The notes: generated by a model from the sequence alone, not told the origin. A DNA stretch of 62,414 nucleotides, filler included, from Choristocarpus tenellus KU-1152 (GCA_964200185.2; 9 parts of 9 records of this genome joined end to end with filler, not necessarily neighbours in it), one strand, 5' to 3'; shown: positions 38,802 to 52,600, counted from the first letter of the whole stretch. A program made the numbers and translations.

Positions 38802-40737
38802 GGCAGCAACACCGTCTAGGCCTAACCCGAATTTGGGCTATACATTAAGAAAGCAATAACGAGATAATTCCTAATGGGAGGTTCATGTTCGTTCTTTCGC
38901 CAAAGCCGAATACAAGACATGTTGGAACTCTTTATCGAGAGGAACGCGTACATAGGAATTGGCGGGATACGTTACAAATCGCGAACGGTCGGTAGACGAG
39001 TAAGGCTTGACCCCGGATGGGCGTGTTCGGTACGGCACACAATGCGACAATATTTGGGTTAGGGGCCGTGACTAGGGGGTTATACAATCGCTTGGGTATA
39101 CCATCATGTCAGCCACATGCTAATACATGCTATGTAAACTGACGAAAGTCACAACATACGCCAAAGGTGCTAAATCACGATGGTGTGTTTGAAATATTGG
39201 TCATTCAGAAACGCCCCCGTATAGGCTGCACAAAGGGTGAACGTTTCTTGCATGGGACGTTCCCTTTGGAGGTATGGCGGCGTTCGGTGGTTGGACTAAG
39301 CCTCTCAATTGGTCACGTGGTGTCTGCATCATGTGGGCACGTTGGAAATGGGACAGGGGAAACAAACAAGGAGAGAGAGGAAATGTTTTGCCCATCGAGT
39401 CAGGTCCAGAGAGTATGGCATGTCACGGTCAGTTCACATCATCCTCGAGCCGTGCACACCTGATCACCTTGCACGAAGAGGAAGTCCTGTCGTCTTTTTC
39501 CCTTCCGACACACCCGGTGTTTAGCATTACGTACAGCGCACAGGGATAGCGACAGACAAGCCTGATCCTCGTGGAAGGGATACGCACCTAGTCTCCCTTG
39601 ATGAAGGAATTATGAACAGTTCGACCTCTTTTTGCTTGTCAGTTGTATGGCAATCTAACCCTAATCAACGAAAGAACAACCGCCTTTACCGAATGTTGTA
39701 CCCCTAGAAAATAGTAGTATATATATATTGGGGTTCTGAACAGGCTAGTCTAGGTGTTCCTTTTCCTCGGGAATCAAATAGGAGAGTTAATAAGGAGAAT
39801 TTTGCTCTCTTCACAGACGTATTGAAATTTCTATGTATGTCTATGACTTCGTTGAAACTAGAACAAATAGAGAATTAAAAATGTATGTATGTATATATAT
39901 ATTTGTAACTCTCTATCCTCTATTTCTTCATTATTAGTGTGAGAGGGTCAAAGCTTTGAGTTTGCATTACTTTTTCATATATTTGTACTGTTTTTGAAGA
40001 ATTATATTATGGTGCATAACAAAAAAACGTTCGCCAAACCACATATGCGACAACCCCCCCCCACTCGCTCCCTCTCTCGACAACAAAACAACGGACCTGG
40101 ACAATATAGAGGAATCGTTGTCGCAGTTCTTTGGGAGGACCATACCCATCGCACCGCAGATGTACGATGACCACCCGTCAGCCACTAGGGAATCTGGCTA
40201 ACACCGGGAATGAACTCGTGAACTCCGGAACGGTAGACCCCAGGACATCCCAAAGGCAAGGCCAGGCCTCCGATGCAGCTAGACATACTCCAATGTAGCC
40301 TGTGCTTTCGGTGATTTTCTGAAAGAGGGATTAGTGCTTGAAGACTAGGCGTAGTGAAGCATATGGTCACCATATCCTTCCAAAATCACTTGCATCGAAA
40401 TCAGAGACACACGGTGTTCACCAGTTCCACCGTAGCTCGTAACTGGTGACGCATACGCCCTCCCATCAAGAGCAGAATGAAACCTAACGACAAAGTTCGT
40501 GTCCTCCAATACCTGGATGCCGATAAACACCTCCAATACCGGAACTAAACGATGTTCCTTCCAGTTTCAGTTTCCAATCCCAACCCTAACACCTGTCCCA
40601 ACCCTCACACCGTCCCTGATCCTTACATAATAATGAAATTATGCCAAGACATGTTTCGCTCTTCCTTCATCCACTCGCCTCATGTTATTTTTGCCATACT
40701 TTGTCGTACGACAAAGTATGACATAGGTTGCGGGGTC

Positions 40738-40812
40738 TGTTCGATTAGACTCTTCCAACTCTATCTGACAGTTACGGTAATATATGTATGGAGTAATGGA
40801 ACAATCAATTAG
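40738..40812 (+). mobile_element. Second copy of the same copia LTR (5' part, cut by contig end)
   Basis: TGTTCGATTAGACTCTTCCAACTCTATCTGACAGTTACGGTAA... matches 37757-37831 closely. Confidence 0.85.
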
Positions 40813-41413
40813 NNNNNNNNNNNNNNNNNNNNNNNNNNNNNNNNNNNNNNNNNNNNTTAATTAATTAANNNNNNNNNNNNNNNNNNNNNNNNNNNNNNNN
40901 NNNNNNNNNNNNCCCCCCAGATGCTTTTGGTCTCTGGGTACCATTGCCATTGGTACAAGTACGACAAGTAATGCGCCCCATTCATCTACGATCTGCACTT
41001 GCTTGGTCGAAATATAGCAACCCAATCTTTGCAAAGTACCTGTAGCACTATGCGGATACGCATGAGGTTTGACTAAATAAGGAGAATCTCACATAGGGAG
41101 GTACAAAAAACGTCCTTGATCCACTTCCCACAATGATGAAAGTCGTGCAGCACAGGAAGAGAAGGTGAAGAGCTGGGTGGACTCAGCCTGCCAGTCAGGG
41201 CGCACCAACCTCCTCAGACACACAATCGAGGCAATGTCTTCAGTTTGTACTATGCCCCTTCATGCGCACAACATCGAAATACGTAGTCCACATTATTGTT
41301 TTGGTATCATACTGTCTACTGTGATTTATACCTGGCTCAGTTATAAGCCAGAGATCACCCTCAACCTCTCTGGTACATCCATAAATCTCGAGAGTACAGA
41401 TTTCTCAACACGA

Positions 41414-41762
41414 GAGTCAAACTATCGTAGAGAGTAGAATCACGTCCGTTTGGGGCGCAAAGTTCAATGTTGCCATTTTTATAATCTTGGCTATCATGTT
41501 GTTAGGAAGTGTCAATATCCTTCTGGACACATCTTTTCATAACGTATACATTTGACCTACTCTGAAATGTCATAAAAAAAAACATGGTAAGCCAAGCCCC
41601 AAACGGACAAACAGGCTCAGAGTATCTGGGGGGGGTGGCGGCTGTCCATTTGGGGTCAATTTTTTAATGTGGCGAGTTTTGGGTGATTTGGTTCCATTAA
41701 TCGGATGGATAATGTAAATACACTTTTCCTGATTTTGGTCCAAATGGACACCCCGGTGAAGA

Positions 41763-41810
<48 letters not shown>

Positions 41811-42017
41811 CAAAACCCCACACCCCCATCCTACCAACACAACACAAAGACAANNNNNNNNNNGGGGGTTTTGTTTCAATAAAAGGGTGGGAAAATAAAA
41901 AACCCTTTTCCTTTTTTTTTGCCAAAAGGACCCCCCCGGGAAAACCCCCCCCCCCCCCCCCCCCCAGATACCCTGGGTCACAGGATAAAATTCATACCCT
42001 CGAGGATACTTTCGCTC
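41414..42017 (+). mobile_element. MITE family A copy interrupted by a nested family B element (41614-41979)
   Basis: A-type TIRs at 41414 and 42017. B is inserted at GGACAA-ACA|...|ACA-GGATAAAA. A 10-N scaffold gap lies inside B (41854-41863). Confidence 0.8.
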
Positions 42018-43034
42018 AAAATTCGCAAGAGGTGCAGAATAATCAGTAGATGTAGTGAAAAACCTCTTCTTGTCTCAGTCATGATCTACCCACTACCGCA
42101 ACCGTCCTCGACAAAGCCCTCCAAGGCTTACAACAGCCATCGATTCACTCCTTCAAGTTGATTTTTGAACGATTTGATACTACGATTTTTGGGTTAAGTT
42201 GGACCGTACCCAACAGTCCAGTCCAAAAATGCCAACGAGGTTACCGGTGTATTCCAAACGGAAGGGGTGCTATGTGTTGGAAACATTCTGTCAACAATCA
42301 TACCCTCAATCAACTCAACCCTAGACTTGACAGGGAGGCCACAGAGGCCTTCTACTACCATCACCTACTACTCTTGGTCAAATTCTTCTATGACGCACAA
42401 GACCTCGTGGACACAAAGGCAAACCACAAGTTTGCATATCTGAGGCAATGTGATCCGAGTAGTAGTGTCTTCGGCACCACAGGCAAGGTAGAAGACATCC
42501 CTGTGAAGGTCAGGGAAGGGCTTCAACGGTGACACGGGTGTGTGGGGATCACATTTGCTTCTACCCTTCAAGAGAGTCATGACTTCTTCTGCTTGAGGGA
42601 TATACAGTATAATGCGCTGGAGGTTAATGACCAGGACTTGCCTCTGGAGGATACATTACTTGGTGTACTCTTGCCAAAAAGAAGTCACAAGCTAGCTAGG
42701 ATTAAATATTGGTACACCTGTGCCAGAAGCTCCAGACTCCATATTAATTTCCCCCTCATGGACGAAGTTTGCCTTATCAGCCTTGGGACTAGAGTCGGGT
42801 TTGTATTTCATCAGTGGTCGAGTCAGTTTTTGTACGTCCCGCTTTGCACGATACCTTCATAGAGCCGTACCTCTACATAAGTAAGAATGTTTTCATCACA
42901 GGCACCACAGCAACCGTTGCAGGGAATATCAGTGAGGTTGCATTGCACCACTTAATATTTCTCTCCAAAGCACATGCGACCACTTGATTGGACCGCTCCC
43001 TTCTGGCCTATCCATTTCAATAAATCTGTTCAAT

Positions 43035-43212
43035 GGCTCAAAGTATCTGGGGGGGGGGTGGCGGATGCTATTGGGGGTAAATTTTTTCATGTCGTGATTT
43101 TTGGGTGATTTGATTGCATACGTCGGATGGATAATGTAAATATACTTTTCCTGATTTTGGTTCAAATGGACACCCAGGTGTTGACCCCCCCCCCACACAG
43201 ATACTTAGGGTC
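43035..43212 (+). mobile_element. Complete MITE family B (178 bp); other fragments at 12445-12477, 40913-40932, 43897-44035, 55354-55373, 55511-55534, 62374-62414
   Basis: TIR GGCTCAAAGTATCTGGGGGGG ... CCCCCCACACAGATACTTAGGGTC, flanked by AAT/AAT. Confidence 0.85.
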
Positions 43213-43472
43213 AATCGTTGATGAGGTGTGTGCCCTCACATTAATCTTTACGCTTCCCTTATATTGATGCGTATATACATAATATACGGTGAACCCACCT
43301 TAACTAAATACTATCGACGTCCTATCTTAAATTACATATATCTATGGCCATCATTCACTTACTCACTGCTGCCGATATGGAATCTTTCATTTCGCTTTTG
43401 GCCACACGCCAAGGGCTTAAGCTCTACCTTTGGAGGCCACATCGCAATAGCCATAGGTTATCTTTGACAGCT

Positions 43473-43731
43473 GAGTCAAAGTACCATAGAGGGTAGAGCC
43501 GCGTCCATTTTGAAGACCAAAATCCAATGTTGCGATTTTGATGTAATTTTGACTTTGGTGTTTGTTAGGAAGTGTCAATATCCTTGTTCCAGGCACACCT
43601 TTTCATAACGTACACATTTTACTACTCTGAAATGTTTCGGAGTAGGTGAAATGTCATAAAATCCCTGTGGGAAGCCAAGTCCCAAACGGACAAACAGGGC
43701 AAAACTCGTACCCTCCAAGATTCTTTCACTC
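43473..43731 (+). mobile_element. Complete MITE family A (259 bp)
   Basis: TIRs at both ends; flanked by AGCT/AGCT. Confidence 0.9.
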
Positions 43732-46698
43732 AGCTATGCTACACCACTGTCCTCCTGTGCCTTCAACCTAGCTTAGTCCTGCACCCCAGGGTGAGGAGAT
43801 AGGGAAGTACCCCAATAATCTAACAAGCCCCTCCTTGCTCATCTCCCTGGTGTCTCCAGCTAAAAACACATGACACATTTTGATAGAGGTACTTGTGGCT
43901 CAAAGTATCTGGGGGGGGTGGTGGCTGTCCATTTGGGGTCAATTTTTTCATACCGTGGATTTTTGGGTGATTTGGTTGCATACGTCGGATGGATAATGTA
44001 AATGCATATTTCCTGATTTAGCCCCAAATGGACACNNNNNNNNNNNNNNNNNNNNNNNNNNNNNNNNNNNNNNNNNNNNTTAATTAATTAANNNNNNNNN
44101 NNNNNNNNNNNNNNNNNNNNNNNNNNNNNNNNNNNCAAATCGGTACATTGGATTTTGGCCCCCAAATGGACGCGGCTCTACCCTCTAAGATACTTTGGCT
44201 CAATTATTAGTTCCATACCGTGATTGATGCTCAAAAATATAGATGTATTTTTGACTGATATCTTCAACAACGGAGTCACACACACGGTTCAGAGCGGGAT
44301 TTTGAGCTTTCAAGCGAAATGAGTCATATGCGCTTTACTGAAAGGCTTACCATAGAGAACCATTCTGAAACATTTTGAATTTGTTTGTATCCAGCCCAGT
44401 GTTCTCCCAGAAATAAAGCAACATTTGAATAGGTTGAAAAGTCGCACACAAACCCACAATTACACTACACTATTATGGATGACTAGACCTACAAGACAAA
44501 CTATATAAATGTTTCGATGGAGTACATTGAGGAACGGCCTTTCCTTGTCGAGAGTTGAACAATGAAACAAATCATTTTTATAGTCTGCATGCACTTTTTT
44601 TTTCTCCTCTCAGGGTCTGTGAGGGACAGGTTGAGTCAGACGAACTGAGAGGGTAGTAGAGTTTCAGCAACAACTATATACTCACAAGTCTCAACTCCTT
44701 TTCAATGCTGAAGACGAAAGAACAGTCTTGCCGGAAGAGGGTGGCATCATACGTATATATTAACATACTTACTCTTACCTAAATATATTATTTACTATAT
44801 AACACTCAATTCAAACAAGAAGGAGTAGAACCAAATTCAATATATCTTACAATGATTATTTCATTGTTGACGCAACTGTTTTGTGATGTTATATTGAACT
44901 ATTAATTGAGGAACAACCAAGAAACAAGAGGTGGGAGGCGACATATTGACACATCGACATCTGTCAGGGGGAAGAGAGAACATGGAAGATAAAAACAAAA
45001 AAATAACACAACATCAACAGTCTTACCTTTCATACATACAACAGAGAAACGCCTTCGCACATCATACAACAATTACCTCATTATATTACACCCTACTTCA
45101 TACATAACAGCAAGGAAATATCACAAGTTGTATGCGTTCCACTTAGCTGTACTGCGACACAAGAACATTAGTATTACATCAAGACTAGTAAGAATAAAAA
45201 ATGGCGGAACTATCCCAGCCGGACTTAGCCAGGGCCCTGTAGTGAGAAATGTTTCCAGGTTTAACCTGAAAGTGCATGCCTGACGAGCCTTCACTCTTCC
45301 CACAAGCAGGTGTACTCGTTGTGCTATTATTCGCACATTTTAAAATGGTATTAGTTGACCCATTACCAGCAACTTCCAAAAAAACTAAATGAGGGTGTGT
45401 ATCTGCTCTCTCCTAGACAATTACTCTCTTGTTCACAAAGCAAGAACTTCTAACACCATCTGCTATCTGACCCGAGCCTGCTCAGTAAAGAACGAATGTT
45501 CTAACTTTTCCAGCTGGAATGATAAGAGTAGTAATAAGAAAGGGACCGAATGACAGTCCGATGCAAGTATTATACTACTTTTTTGAATAGGAATCTTAAC
45601 ATCAAAATAAGAACAATAAACATAGTAAGGTCCATCACTCCTTTTTTAGAAGTAACTTACAGCTGGAGCACTTTGTAAAACAGTCAATAATTTGTTATTG
45701 TTATTATTATTATTATTATTGTTGTCCTTCTTATTCCATCTCCAACGACGTAGTACTCTTCTGTTCTGTATTCGGCACTCCACAATTATTCTTCATACTT
45801 CAACAGACCTGTTGAGGCACAACAACATGCCTTCCAGACAATATCAACTACCACTACATACAATAGTAGTGATATAAAAATGCTTCCAGCAAGTTTACAC
45901 CAAGTAACTCATCACAAAATACATATATTTCAGTATACTCTAATCAGAGGTGTACTGACCAAACTGTATATAACCACTTCACAAGATATTTCTTAAGGGA
46001 GAGTAACATACAAAGCACAACAGATAACATCACTATCAAGGATCTCACAAGAAAATGAATCATAACTCGCCTCTCCATCCCCCCCTACCCCATCGGAGCT
46101 CTACTCCAGTCAGGATCATCCTGGGTCCTTCCCCATGGCTCGACAGCAATGATACCACGCTAGAACACTGTAAACAACTCATTTAGATGGTGCACACCTC
46201 AATGCAATCACCACGCAACAAAACCATACACTGCCACCCCACATCTCTATCTGGATCATCCTTACCATCATAACAGTCTGGTCCATGGCTTGCATGCCAG
46301 AGGAAAATTCATCCCTCTACACACCAAACCAAAAGATTGAAACAACACACCAACGCCAACACCACACCCAAGCGCAACCTTCAAACAAAAGCGACATCCT
46401 CAATCCACATCTCTCTCTCTCTCTTTAAAAAAAAAAAAAAAATGCTGTGTTCATTGTTTTTTTCTCAAAAATTTTGGAAAAAAAATCAAATCCATCATCT
46501 CATCTTTTTTTCTATTTCGAGCAGGAGTAGTGTGGCGCCTCTACACTTTTTTTTTTGAAAACGATCCAAAAAACCACTACTTCCAACCAAGTAGGTAATG
46601 TGCCACACCGTAAACAACAAAAAGAAAAAAATGCTTCACAAAATACAAACTCCAACACCAACCCTAACCCTAGCGCCAAAATCTTTTGAACTTCTGTT

Positions 46699-49600
46699 TC
46701 AACCCTCCAAGTCCATTGGTAGCAGCGAATTCGCCACAGGGCAGAATTTACTGCCCAGGAGTCGCTGGGCAACTGCTCTGTCGGCCCCCGAATCCCTCTC
46801 CTCAGCTGAGCCTCTTTCGCTGGCGGCAATACTGGAATCAGCGGTGTGGGAACCGTTCTCAGACCGTTCTGCCTTCCACTCTGCCATTCTAAGACCTTCT
46901 GCAGCAGCATTGGCGCCCGCTTGACACTCCCTGATCGTGGCCTCTAGCCTTTCAACCAGGATCTCCTCTTGCTTGAGCTGGTGAATCATGCGTTGAATGA
47001 GGATGTGTCTACCCTGAGAAGAAGAGAGGAGAGGAAAAGGAGATGAGAAAGGGGGTATCCTCTTGGGTGCCAGATGAGAATTCATTGAAGTAAGCATTGA
47101 CACATTAGGGTATAATTGACGGGCTACTGCTAGTCAAAAGGTACACCAAGAGAATCAACATTTCGGCTGCTGGGAAAAGGATTGTGTGTGTAGTTTGAGG
47201 CGGAAGCATATTTTGACACAAAGGAGGTATTACTGGACAAAATAGGGTATAGATGGATAACCCGAACATCAAGAACAAGTGTAGAGTACTACTCCGGAGT
47301 ATGATATATAATTGATAGACTATTAGAGGGACTTGTTAAGACACATCTCTACCATCACATCTATGCAGTCCCCCTCAAACGATCAGGAGGTATGAGAAAG
47401 TGTAACTAACAGGGTGTTCACTATCACCATCAAACAAGCATGAGAAAGGTTTGCTAACAGGGTGTTCACTATCACCATCAAACAAGCATGAGAAAGTGTT
47501 GCTAACAGGGTGTTCACTATCACCATCAAACAAGCATGAGAAAGTGTAACTAACAGGGTGTTCACTATCACCATCAAACAAGCATGAGAAAGTTTTGCTA
47601 ACAGGGTGTTCACTATCACCATCAAACAAGCATGAGAAAGTGTTGCTAACATGGTGTTCACTATCACCATCAAACAAGCATGAGAAAGTTTTGCTAACAG
47701 GGTGTTCACTATCACCATCAAACAAGCATGAGAAAGTTTTGCTAACAGGGCCTTCACTACTACGAATAAACAAATTTGTAGCCGAGGAGTCCACCCGACA
47801 ATGATGGGTATGGATTGATGGGCTTGATCGGAAGCGGAATTGCATTCCTTGCAACTCTTGTTAGAATCATTCTATATGTGCTATTTTCTTTGGGGGAGGG
47901 GGGGGGAAAGAATAATTAGTGTTAAGTGTTTTTTTCTAAGAAATAATGTATAGAGCCGAAAAAGGGGAAGACAAGAATCAATATAAACCCAAGTTGGCTG
48001 CAGGCAAGGTGGGTGCACCCTATCGGCTCATCCTATTAGCCGACCCGTGACCTCACTCCTACTGCTGATGTATCTTGATGTATCTTGATGTATCTTATCA
48101 TATTCCTTGAATGACCTACGGTGCTGTTCTTCATCTTATCAACATCGATGTTGCTCCCACCATTCTTCATTCAAAATAATACAAACAAAATACAAACAAA
48201 ATTTAAAAAAAATGAAGCAAGACACAGCTAAGTCAAAAACAAGACAGGGAAATGGCATGAGAGTCTCCCGACCCTAACCCTACTACTGCATCCCACCTGG
48301 TGTGCCCTAACCCTAACCCTACTACTGCATCCCACTTGGTGTGCCCTAACCCTAACCCTACTACTGCATCCCACCTGGTGTGCCCTAACCCTAACCCTAC
48401 TACTGCATCCCACCTGGTGTGCCCTAACCCTAACCCTACTACTGCGTCCCACCTGGTGTGCCCTAACCCTAACCCTACTACTGCATCCCACCTGGTGTGC
48501 CCTAAACCGATTTAGTAGTGTGTGCATACTGACAAAGATCGTCTCCAGATCAGAGACCTTCTTGTGGGCATGGGAGGGGCAGCTGCACATACAATAAAAA
48601 TAAAAAAAAGAGATCAGGGGGAGGCGAGGAGTTTCACAATGGAGTTTAAACATACGAAAAAAAAGATCAACAGATTGGAAAGGAAAGGCAAATATATCGT
48701 ACGTCCCAACCAATAAAATATTACCTCAGACATCCCAACCAATAAAAAATGAGCACAGACATTCCAACCAATAAGAGATGAGCTCATTCTGCACACCCTC
48801 GAAAGGCAGTGGAGGTGATAAGGGCAGAGGACGTGACATAACATAATATAACATAACATAACATAACACAACACAACACAACACAACATAACACAAAGTA
48901 ACATATGTTATAGTGCGGTACACGACAAAGCACCGTCTTTATGCCACAGATAATATGGAACACAAAGCCCTGAGCACTTGTCCTGGAGAGTGCATGGCAG
49001 AGTGGAAATGGTTCAAAGTGGTGTCCTAGTCAAAAGAACGTTGTGGAGCAAAATGGACTTGAATTGACCTGAATTGACCTGAATTGAATTGAATTGAAAT
49101 GGAATGAATTGCCCTAGTTTGAGCAGAGCACAACGAAACATTTTTTTTTTTCTCTTCTTAAATTATTATTTTTTTCCTCCAAAAGTCTTCCACGGAACGA
49201 CTTTCTTTCCTCTCTCTCTTTCAGAGCTCGAAACTGTTCCACGAAACAAGAACAAAAATAATAACAATAATAATAATAATAGTAATAATAATAGTAATAA
49301 TAATAACAATAATAACAATAATTCAAAATTGGCCCCCCTCTTGCGGAACAAAACAAAATTATTCCGCAAACGGAGAACTGACGGCTCTTCCAGACAAGGA
49401 GACTTCACACAGGCCAAAAAAACAGCCCCAAAACTCTGCAGCAGATAGAGAGCCAAGGTATATCTCATATAGAGAGCCAAGGTATATCTCAGAGGGCAAG
49501 GTCGCATTCACCCAGTGTCATAAATCCAACGTTGCGTTTTGGATGAGTTTTGGATGAGTTTTTGTCTATCGTGTTTGTTAGGAAGTGTCTAATGGCCAAT

Positions 49601-52600
49601 ATCCTTGTTCCGGACACACACCCCTTTTGATAGTCGTATACATTTTAGGGTTAGGGTTAGGGTTAGGGTTTAGGGTTCACGCAGGGTAAGGGTTTAGGGT
49701 AAGGGTTTAGGGTTAGGGTTAGGGTTCACTCAGAAAGCCAAAAAAGGGGATATAAAAAAAAACTGAATGTACAAACAGGGCAAAAACTCCTCCTCCATAC
49801 CTCCATACCCCTCTTACACGCTTTCGCTAGAGATACAAAAAAAAAATAGACATAAAAAAATACAAGAAGAGGATTGTTATTGTTCTAGACTAAGAGCTGC
49901 TAAATGTCATACCGTTAGTCTTGTTCTAGACTTTGAGCTGCTAAATGCCATACCGCTAGTCTTGTTCTAGACTAAGAGCTGCTAAATGCCATACCGTTAG
50001 TCTTGTTCTAGACTAAGAGCTGCTAAATGTCATACCGTTAGTCTTGTTCTAGACTTTGAGCTGCTAAATGCCATACCGTTAGTCTTGTTCTAGACTAAGA
50101 GCTGCTAAATGCCATACCGTTAGTCTTGTTCTAGACTAAGAGCGAAAGGCTCTTCAACATGTTAAAACCAACGTACCCCAATCGGGGGACGTTCACAGAG
50201 GGCGGGCGGGTCCGCCACAGGTATCTGGAAAAGAAAAAAAGAATGACCATATTTTTTCAGTTCAGGAAGGAAATCGGAGGTCAACAGAGTGGTAAAACAC
50301 TGTACACTTTACCTCCCACGGTATGACAAATTTCAAACACACTGTCAATATATATATATATTATTTTTACTTGGGTCGTACCGTGCAATGCCCACTAAAC
50401 CTTAACTCTAACTCTAACCCTAACCCTAACTCTAACCCTAACCCTAACCCTAACCCTAACCCTACTTCGTACTCTGGTGTGAACTCTCCAAAAAAGAAAA
50501 TACATGCTAAAAAATAAAATTATCCCAACCTCTCCAAAAGTAATAAAAATAATACTATTCGATGGCAAGCGAGCGGCAAGGAGTATCCTTACATCTCTAC
50601 AGTGACTTGGGATTTAATTTTTTTTAAATATACATATATGTATATGTATATAATTCAACCAATAAAATTTAGTAATATTGAGAAACTGATTGTACTAGAG
50701 CTGTTGTTGGCAGGAGTAATTCAATCGCATACATACATACCTACATACATACATACATACATACATACACATAATATATATACATACATACATACATACA
50801 TAATACATACACATAATATATATACATACATACAAATAATACAAACATAAATACTTATGTACACACATACATAATATATACATACATAATACATACAAGA
50901 TCAGGATACGGGTTAGGGTTAGGGTCGTATTGTGTGTCTCACCTGACAAGCATGGTAAGAAACTGCTGGTAGTTGGCCATAACACTCCATAGAAGGTCCT
51001 TCATCTCCTTTCGAAAGTCCAAGGGTTGTCCCTGAGCAGGGACAACCATATTTTCAGGGGGCAGGAGCTCCTCTGTAACAGGCTGGGTGAACAGAGAGGA
51101 CAGATTCCAAAACAAGACATCAATAGGATTGCAATCAGATCATGGTGCGACAATATAAATATGGTATGCACTACCCCTAACCCTAAGTATACAAATGCAG
51201 CTTTAGATCAGTTGTAATACCTTCAACACGGAGGCAAGCACTCTTAATTTATCTCTTACACATCAACAAAAAACAAATAATGTAATTGTATTCTTAAAAT
51301 AGGAAGTATTTATAATATAATTTTATTCTTTGAAATAGGAAATAAGTTATAATACAATAGTGTTCTTTAAAATAGGAAGTATTTATAATATAATTGTATT
51401 CTTTGAAATAGGAAATATGGTATAATACAATTGTATTCTTTGAAATAGGAAATAAAAAAATGAAAAAAAGTGAAAATAAAAAAAAAAAAAATGCTTGCTA
51501 CCCAGTGTATTCAATTCAAAATAATCTAACCCTAGTCAGCAATGCAAAGGAGAAGTACTTAGTTGTAAAGTACAGCAAAGAATAGTCCAGTAACGTACCT
51601 CATAGAACCTAAAAAAAAGCTGGCTTTCTGAGCTGAAGTACACATGTCCAATTATATAGAGAGCTGATCCTTAAAAAAAAAAATACTAGGACAAAAAAAA
51701 AAAATCTTTAAATTAACATCGATTGAATCAAAGCACTTGCAAGGTCGAGAGACCCCCCAGCTAAGGGTTCTACATCTACACGGAATTGTGTAACTGTAGA
51801 TGAGGTGATGGATACCTCCAAAAAAGAAGGCCCTAACCCTAACCCTTGCAGTCTGTTAAATAAATACCAAGAAGTTAAATTGGATCAGCTAGAGTTAGGT
51901 GTTGTTGGGTGTTTCAAGGAATTGTGTAACTGTCGGCCAAGTGTCTGTTCGCCACACGGTGCTCCTAGCTCACCAGGTTGTGGACATCATTTACTCTTTG
52001 TGCTTCTCGATAAGAAAAAGTAACCAAACCCCGGGGGCAAGAGAGGGAGTCCCATAGTCAGGAAAAGGCGTTTGTAGATATAGATAAGGCAGAAGTGAGT
52101 CTGGTTATTACTAGTACGTAAGGTTGTGCTGGAGAGGCAGCCATGTTGGAATCGCCCCCTACTCCAGGACAGAAAAAGGATTCAAATTCCACCTGCATAA
52201 AAACACCAAGACTAGGTTCAAATTCTGAAAGAAGCACTTGGAGGGTGATACAGACAGTTGATTTTAGTTTGAATGAGTGGTTTGTTGACATGTAGCCTTG
52301 ATCAATAGATGTTCTCGATCTACACACATGAGCAGAGTGACACCAAAAACGTCCACGTCCAACTACTGCAGGCTGTATCGATGTTGAGGAAGTAGATCAT
52401 TGCACCTCTGCAGTATAGGTGATCCCAAACATCTTGTACGTGTCGCGAGGTCCGGGAGGCGGTGGTGGCTCCAGTGGGAAGTCCTTACCCACAGTATCCT
52501 CACCTGCTGGCGGAGATTACCCGGAATATTTCAAAGAGACGAAGCTGGGTGCAACAAATTGTTCGCTAGTTGCAAACAAAAGGATTGACGAACTCGGCAC

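Noticed and set aside
49104-49507. Poly-N, poly-Y and poly-L ORFs (also 41570-42161 poly-G/P and 50602-50985)
   Set aside because: Translations of microsatellites and homopolymer runs.
47392-50143. 48-, 39- and 41-bp arrays as CRISPR-like loci
   Set aside because: Head-to-tail units with no unique spacers, no cas genes, and located in a eukaryotic intron.
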